Both the position numbers and the translations under genes were made by a program. Shown one piece after another: positions 33,417 through 38,449 of a DNA stretch of 38,449 bases; position 1 is the stretch's first letter; each line of letters starts with the position of its first letter. The notes beneath the pieces were generated by a model. The model was not told the origin of the DNA, did no database searches, and saw nothing but the letters and a program-made list of their open reading frames with translations. The stretch covers positions 1 through 38,449 of the forward strand of contig CAMVPZ010000001.1 of NCBI GenBank assembly GCA_947169505.1, given 5' to 3'. This stretch comes from an uncultured Pseudomonadota bacterium. GTDB taxonomy: Bacteria; Pseudomonadota; Alphaproteobacteria; Rs-D84.

Positions 33417-34729
33417 TATTCATAATCCTTAGCATTTGTTTTAATATCGCCTATTGCCAGCGCAACCGCAGCACGTTTTATAAACAAATCGTATTTTGCA
33501 GAGTTATTTTGTTTTTGTGCGTTGACTAATTCAGCTTGGGCTGTTTGCCAATCTAACATAGTACTGCGCCCAACACGATACATACCAGATGTCACACGTT
33601 CGCTTTCTGTGGCAGATTTTAAAAGAGTTTCTGTTTGTTTTAAAACTGTTTTAGCGGTTTTATAATTTTGATAAGCTGTGAACACGTCCATAGTTGCATC
33701 ATCATGAATACTTTCTTCCATATATTTCATGTTTTCATAATTTGAATTTTCAGCACGTGCGTTATAAAAATTTAAAAAACCTGTAAATATAGGCATGGAT
33801 ACAGAAACACCAACTGTGCCATGAATTTTTGCACTCATATTATCAAACATTCCGCCAACCGTTTTATCATCAACATTAACGCCGCCTGTGACAGAAATAG
33901 ACGGTAAATTTTTCAAAAATGCACTGTTGCGCCGATGCCATGCAGCCCGTCTTTGTGATTCTGCTTTTAATATATCTGGTCTTTGTTTTTTGGCAATTTT
34001 TATTAATTTATCTATATCTTCACTTTCTGCATCAGAACCAAAACTGGACGGCATATCTTTTATTTTTATGTCTTCATCTGCCGGGAAAGACAAAGCATTT
34101 AACAATGTACCACGTGCAATTTCACGATTATTTTTTGCACGTTCTAAATCCAATTGTGATGAAGCCAATGTTGTATCTGCTTTATAAACATCAGCACGTG
34201 CAACAACACCAGATTTAAATTTTTTATCTGCGGTATCTTTTGCTGTTTGGGCAACAGTTAATGCTGATTCAGCAGATTTTACATCTGCATCTGCTTTTAA
34301 CAAGTTATAATATGCACCAATGATTGAATAAACATAATTTTGCACTGTTTCATCATAATCAAACCCGGCTGCACGATATGTAGCCAGGCTTTGCGCAAAA
34401 TCTGATTCACGTTTTCCAAAATCAAAAACTAAATAAGACGCAGAAAGCGACGCCGTATAATCCCAATCATCGTGTTCTGTATGCGAGCGATTTGCATGCG
34501 CTGTACCAGAAACACTTGGCAAATAATTTGAATACGACGCATTTTTCGTAAAACGCTGGGATTGTAATGTGGCATATGCAGCCGCTGTTTTAGGATTACG
34601 GCAAAGACCGATATTTATAACCTCTGGCAGACTCATTTCTTCATTTGGAACATGCCGCATGGTCACGCAATCTGTATTTGCCGTTGCACAAAAAGGGAAA
34701 CATAAAAAAATCATAAAAATCTTTTTCAT
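33416..34729 (-). CDS. tolC: TolC-family outer membrane efflux protein
   Basis: Signal peptide MKKIFMIFLCFPFCATA (ATG 34729). Two-repeat TolC helical pattern (LPSVSGTA...; LPSISVTGGV...). First gene of the efflux operon. Confidence 0.8.
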   Translation of the reverse strand: MKKIFMIFLCFPFCATANTDCVTMRHVPNEEMSLPEVINIGLCRNPKTAAAYATLQSQRFTKNASYSNYLPSVSGTAHANRSHTEHDDWDYTASLSASYLVFDFGKRESDFAQSLATYRAAGFDYDETVQNYVYSIIGAYYNLLKADADVKSAESALTVAQTAKDTADKKFKSGVVARADVYKADTTLASSQLDLERAKNNREIARGTLLNALSFPADEDIKIKDMPSSFGSDAESEDIDKLIKIAKKQRPDILKAESQRRAAWHRRNSAFLKNLPSISVTGGVNVDDKTVGGMFDNMSAKIHGTVGVSVSMPIFTGFLNFYNARAENSNYENMKYMEESIHDDATMDVFTAYQNYKTAKTVLKQTETLLKSATESERVTSGMYRVGRSTMLDWQTAQAELVNAQKQNNSAKYDLFIKRAAVALAIGDIKTNAKDYE

Positions 34730-34805
34730 ACAATGTAAAAAATAACTATTTTTAATCATGAAAAACAGGGGAACAAATTCATGTAAAATTTATGTAATTT
34801 TTATG

Positions 34806-34834
34806 TTGAAATGTGTTTGTTTTTCGCCTATGAT
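34806..34834 (+). promoter_or_regulatory. Candidate sigma70-type promoter for tRNA-Cys (and possibly recF)
   Basis: TTGAAA (34806-34811), 17-nt spacer, TATGAT (34829-34834), 13 nt before the tRNA 5' end. Confidence 0.4.
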
Positions 34835-34847
34835 AACCCTGCGTGAA

Positions 34848-34921
34848 GGCCAGGTGGCAGAGTGGTTATGCAGAGGACTGCAAATCCTTGGATGCCGGTT
34901 CGATTCCGACCCTGGCCTCCA
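34848..34921 (+). tRNA. tRNA-Cys (anticodon GCA)
   Basis: GGCCAGGTGGCAGAGTGGTTATGCAGAGGACTGCAAATCCTTGGATGCCGGTTCGATTCCGACCCTGGCCTCCA. Acceptor GGCCAGG/CCTGGCC, anticodon stem GAGGA/TCCTT with loop CTGCAAA, T-loop TTCGATT, encoded CCA. One C-A mismatch in the T stem. Confidence 0.9.
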
Positions 34922-34930
34922 ATTTCAAAA

Positions 34931-36007
34931 ATGATAAAACAAATAACAATTACCAATTTTAGAAATCACAAATGTTCAAGAATCTCCGTTGGTGATGCAA
35001 AAAATGTTATAATCACAGGATTAAATGGCGCCGGAAAAACCGCTGTATTAGAAGCGATTTCATTGCTTTCAGGTGAACGGGGTTTACGTGGTGCAGACAT
35101 TCAAATATTGGCACGATTTGATGGCGATGGCGGATTTTCTGTATTCGCAGAAACACACGATGAAAATGATGTATGCGTATTTTTAAACAGTGGTGAATCA
35201 AATCGACATGCCAAAATCAATAATGAAAATGTTCCACTGAATGAAATGGCAAAACAAATACGTATTATTTGGTTAACACCAAAAGAAGACAGAATTTTTG
35301 TTGAATCTGCAACAGACAGACGTGCTTTCTTTGACAGATTAATTGCCAGTTTTGATCCACCACATATTGGACGCATTTCACGTCTTAATAAATTATTAAC
35401 AGAGCGGGGTGGGGCGATAAAAAATCATGCCGATAAAAATTGGTTGGATGCTTTGGATAGCCAAATTGCGTCTACGGCGGTTTCTGTGGCTGCCGCCCGT
35501 ATAAGATATGCCGGCGAAATAAATTATTTCTTTGAAAATGGGGCGGTATCTGTAAATGGTATGGTGGAAAAATTATTATTAGAAAACACGGCTGCAAATG
35601 CAGAACAAAAATATTTTGAATATTTACAAAACAGCCGTGAATTGATTGGCGATAAAATGGTTATTGATGGGGCGCATAAATCTGATTTTGGTTTGTTTAA
35701 TAAAAAATTGGGTTTGCCAGTGTATATAACTTCTACCGGACAACAAAAATCTATTTTAATTGATTTGATTTTGGCCCACGCAAAATTAATACACATAAAA
35801 ACTGGCGCAAAACCACTTATTTTATTGGATGAAGCAGCGGCACATTTGGACGAAATGGCACGTATAAAATTATTCCACGATTTAAATGAAGCAGACGCCC
35901 AGGTTTGGGCAACAGGTTTGGATATAAATGTATTTAAAAATATTCCAAATGCTTTATTTGTCACTTGCCAAAATGGGGAAATAAGTAATATAGTAAAGGC
36001 GGAGTAA
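34931..36007 (+). CDS. recF: DNA replication and repair protein RecF
   Basis: MIKQITITNFRNHK...ITGLNGAGKTAVLEAISLL (Walker A) and LLDEAAAHLD (Walker B). The track ORF start (34862) lies inside tRNA-Cys, so the start was moved to ATG 34931. Confidence 0.88.
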   Translation: MIKQITITNFRNHKCSRISVGDAKNVIITGLNGAGKTAVLEAISLLSGERGLRGADIQILARFDGDGGFSVFAETHDENDVCVFLNSGESNRHAKINNENVPLNEMAKQIRIIWLTPKEDRIFVESATDRRAFFDRLIASFDPPHIGRISRLNKLLTERGGAIKNHADKNWLDALDSQIASTAVSVAAARIRYAGEINYFFENGAVSVNGMVEKLLLENTAANAEQKYFEYLQNSRELIGDKMVIDGAHKSDFGLFNKKLGLPVYITSTGQQKSILIDLILAHAKLIHIKTGAKPLILLDEAAAHLDEMARIKLFHDLNEADAQVWATGLDINVFKNIPNALFVTCQNGEISNIVKAE

Positions 36008-36011
36008 AAAC

Positions 36012-36485
36012 ATGGCAAAAATAAATTATCAACAATTACTGGACACTGCATTAAAATCCGTCGTCAAAGAAGCATTAATACATGCACAATTTAACGGTCT
36101 TGGTGATGATGCCAGTTTTTTCATAACATTTAAAACTCGTGACCCGGGTGTTGTATTGCCTGATTTTTTAAGAATCCGGTATCCAGATATTATGACTATT
36201 GTTTTACAATATTCTTATAATAATTTAAATGTGTCTGATAAAGAATTTGGGGTTCAACTAACTTTTGATGGGCGACCATTTTTTATACGTGTACCGTTTT
36301 CCGCATTGGTTGAATTCAAAGATCCATCTACTGAATTCATGTTGTCTTTTCGTCCACAACAAACACCATCTCAACCAGTCAAAGAAGAAAATATTGAATT
36401 ACCATTGGAAGAAAAACCAGGCACTGTTCCAGATGACAAACGTGTCGTATCTTTGGAAGAATTCAGGAATCGAAAAAAACAATAA
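36012..36485 (+). CDS. sspB: ClpXP adaptor SspB (alpha-type)
   Basis: FFITFKTRDPGVVLPDFLRIRYPDIMTIVLQYSYNNLNVSDKEFGVQLTFDGRPFFIRVPFSALVEFKDPS matches the SspB fold pattern. Flexible tail ends with LEEFRNRKK. Confidence 0.75.
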   Translation: MAKINYQQLLDTALKSVVKEALIHAQFNGLGDDASFFITFKTRDPGVVLPDFLRIRYPDIMTIVLQYSYNNLNVSDKEFGVQLTFDGRPFFIRVPFSALVEFKDPSTEFMLSFRPQQTPSQPVKEENIELPLEEKPGTVPDDKRVVSLEEFRNRKKQ

Positions 36486-36512
36486 AAACACCGGCAAATG
36501 CCGGCGTTTTTT
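36484..36512. terminator. Bidirectional intrinsic terminator (third copy of the CCGGCAAATGCCGG hairpin)
   Basis: A5, CACCGGC AAAT GCCGGCG (36489-36506, one mismatch), T6. Its tracts overlap the sspB and accC stop codons. Confidence 0.7.
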
Positions 36513-37893
36513 ATTCTTGTTTATCGGTATTTTCGACAATTTCTTTTACAGATTTTTCCAAATAACTTTCCAACCAATGATTATCTGTTTTTAATTGACG
36601 AACATCGCTGTTTTCCAACAATTTCTTTTGCAATGGTATTGTTGTTTTGATACCTTCGATAACAAATTCATCCAGCGCACGTTCAGCACGCATAATACAC
36701 GCAGGTCGTGATTGTCCATGCACAATCAATTTAGCAATCATTGAATCATATGTTGGCGGAATTGTATATCCGCTGTATACGGCAGAATCTACACGAACCC
36801 CCATTCCACCAGGGGGTGCATATAATGTTATTTTACCAGGATTAGGTATAAAAGTTTCCGGGTCTTCTGCATTAACACGAAATTCAATCGCATGTCCATG
36901 CGGAACCAAATTAGATTGTGTATAACCCAATTTTTCCCCAGCCGCAATACGTATTTGTTCACGCACCAAATCAACCCCATAAACCGCTTCTGTGACAGGG
37001 TGTTCAACCTGTAATCTGGTGTTCATTTCCAAGAAATAAAATTTGCCGTCTTCAAACATAAATTCAAAAGTACCGGCATTTGTATATTTCATTTTTTTGG
37101 CAGCGTCTTTACAAATTTCAATCATGTCATCACGTTGTTTTTGTGTCAAAATTGCCGCAGGACATTCTTCCATAACCTTTTGATTTTTTCGTTGAAGCGA
37201 ACAATCACGTTCCCCAAAAATCACAACGTTTCCATGTTTATCACCCAAAACCTGAAATTCAATATGACGTGGATGCAATAATAATTTTTCCATATACAAA
37301 GTATCATCACCAAATGCAGTCTTTGATTCTGCTTTTACAATTGGAAAAGCATCACGTAATTCATTCGCATTATTTATCGCACGCATACCACGACCACCGC
37401 CACCAGCAGCCGCTTTAATCATAACAGGATATCCAATCTTATCCGCCCAAACAAGTGCATCTTCGATTGTTTTTATTGCACCATCACTGCCCGGAACAAC
37501 AGGTAATCCGCATTTCACCGCAGTTTTTTTTGCATTAACTTTATCGCCCATTTTGCGAATCATATCTGCATTTGGCCCAATCCATATAAGACCATGTTGT
37601 TCAACTTTGTCCACAAAATCGGCACGTTCCGACAAAAAACCGTATCCCGGGTGAATTGCATCTGCATTGGTCAATAATGCAGCCGTTAATATCGCAGATT
37701 CATTCAAATAGGATTCACTGCTTTGTGCCGGTCCAATACACACAGATTCATCAGCCAATTTTACATGCATCGCATCTCTGTCTGCCGTAGAATAAACCGC
37801 AACAGTACGTATTCCCATATCACGACATGCACGTATAATACGCAATGCAATTTCGCCACGATTGGCAATTAAAACTTTTTTAATCTTGGCCAT
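36511..37893 (-). CDS. accC: Acetyl-CoA carboxylase biotin carboxylase subunit
   Basis: MAKIKKVLIANRGEIALRIIRACRDMGI..., ATP-grasp GYPVMIKAAAGGGGRGMR. Start moved to ATG 37893; the track ORF carries a spurious 29-aa extension into accB. Confidence 0.93.
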   Translation of the reverse strand: MAKIKKVLIANRGEIALRIIRACRDMGIRTVAVYSTADRDAMHVKLADESVCIGPAQSSESYLNESAILTAALLTNADAIHPGYGFLSERADFVDKVEQHGLIWIGPNADMIRKMGDKVNAKKTAVKCGLPVVPGSDGAIKTIEDALVWADKIGYPVMIKAAAGGGGRGMRAINNANELRDAFPIVKAESKTAFGDDTLYMEKLLLHPRHIEFQVLGDKHGNVVIFGERDCSLQRKNQKVMEECPAAILTQKQRDDMIEICKDAAKKMKYTNAGTFEFMFEDGKFYFLEMNTRLQVEHPVTEAVYGVDLVREQIRIAAGEKLGYTQSNLVPHGHAIEFRVNAEDPETFIPNPGKITLYAPPGGMGVRVDSAVYSGYTIPPTYDSMIAKLIVHGQSRPACIMRAERALDEFVIEGIKTTIPLQKKLLENSDVRQLKTDNHWLESYLEKSVKEIVENTDKQE

Positions 37894-38332
37894 TTGAAAC
37901 CTGTTCCAACACAACAATTGGTGTATCAAATTCAACAGCCGTACCATCAGCAACCAATACTTCTTTGACAACACCATCAATATCAGCTTTAATCGGGTTA
38001 AAAGTCTTCATTGCTTCAACCAACGCCAATGTATCACCAACTTTCACAGTCGATCCAACCTTTACAAAAGGTTTTGCGCCCGGTTCTGGCGCCAAATATA
38101 ACACGCCAACCATTGGTGATTTTAATACATGACCAGATATTTTATCATTGGTATTTGTTTTAGCCTGTTGAACAAATCCCGCAACTGGCGCAGCCACAGT
38201 TTGTTGTTTTGATAAATGAATATGTTTACGATATAAACCCAATAACAATTGTCGTTCCAGGTCTAATTCGGTTATGCCCATTTCATCCATTAATTTAGAC
38301 ATATTTTCAACCGTTGAACGGAAAGAAGCCAT
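37880..38332 (-). CDS. accB: Biotin carboxyl carrier protein
   Basis: C-terminal biotinyl domain with LVEAMKTFNPIKAD (the EAMK biotinylation motif). Immediately upstream of accC. Confidence 0.9.
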   Translation of the reverse strand: MASFRSTVENMSKLMDEMGITELDLERQLLLGLYRKHIHLSKQQTVAAPVAGFVQQAKTNTNDKISGHVLKSPMVGVLYLAPEPGAKPFVKVGSTVKVGDTLALVEAMKTFNPIKADIDGVVKEVLVADGTAVEFDTPIVVLEQVSNGQD

Positions 38333-38449
38333 AATTATAAATCCTTTTGTTATTTAACATATTATAATTTTACCATATTGAAACCGTATGTCAAGGAACA
38401 GGATCATACCCGCATCCACCACCTGGCCGACATCTTGATATTCATCGTA

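Noticed and set aside
30281-34759. The TolC / HlyD / ABC ATPase / FtsX-permease operon as a candidate novel system.
   Set aside because: This is an ordinary MacAB-TolC/DevCBA-type tripartite efflux pump, with the ATPase and permease encoded separately. All four parts carry canonical motifs.
34862-34930. N-terminal extension of the recF ORF as listed in the track (MVMQRTANPWMPVRFRPWPP...).
   Set aside because: These codons are the body of tRNA-Cys (34848-34921). The genuine RecF N-terminus MIKQITITNFRNH begins at ATG 34931.
35524-36051. A 175-aa minus-strand ORF overlapping recF and the sspB start.
   Set aside because: It is antisense to a well-supported recF. The sequence is hydrophobic and low-complexity, with no start context.

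Overview
AT-rich (roughly one-third G+C by eye) bacterial chromosome segment, densely packed with housekeeping genes, many joined by 1-4 nt ATGA/TAATG start-stop overlaps. The gene content suggests a reduced alphaproteobacterium-like genome: a DUF4167-like protein, alpha-type SspB, an MJ0042 zinc-ribbon protein, and rsmG-parA-parB. This lineage call is inference only.

Recognisable genes, left to right:
- mutS (partial), xseB, infC (ATT start), a family-4-like UDG, pal, parB, parA, rsmG
- a TPR protein, gpsA, pnp, ybaB, tRNA-Val
- two orphan secreted paralogues and a TrpF-like TIM-barrel gene
- rlmN, a SurA-like chaperone, lptD, lptF/G, lpxD, rluD
- DUF4167, dnaX, skp, a split MacAB-TolC-type efflux operon, tRNA-Cys, recF, sspB, accC, accB

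The main candidate for something new is a minus-strand operon at 21404-26258. It encodes three very large (398-450 aa) prepilin-like proteins that share a PilV/shufflon-N-like motif, followed by a zinc-ribbon membrane protein and a Cys-containing secreted protein. A conventional-size type IV pilin and an OmpA-domain lipoprotein sit just downstream of dnaX (28344-29483). No pilus ATPase, platform, secretin or prepilin peptidase is visible in the window.

Other points of interest:
- an A9 slippage site in dnaX with stops in both alternative frames
- a GC-rich nested-hairpin element abutting tRNA-Val
- a parS-like perfect palindrome in front of parAB
- a re-used bidirectional terminator hairpin
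- abrupt GC-rich composition breaks at both window edges; the left one ends MutS homology

No CRISPR array, integrase, transposase or known defence genes were seen.
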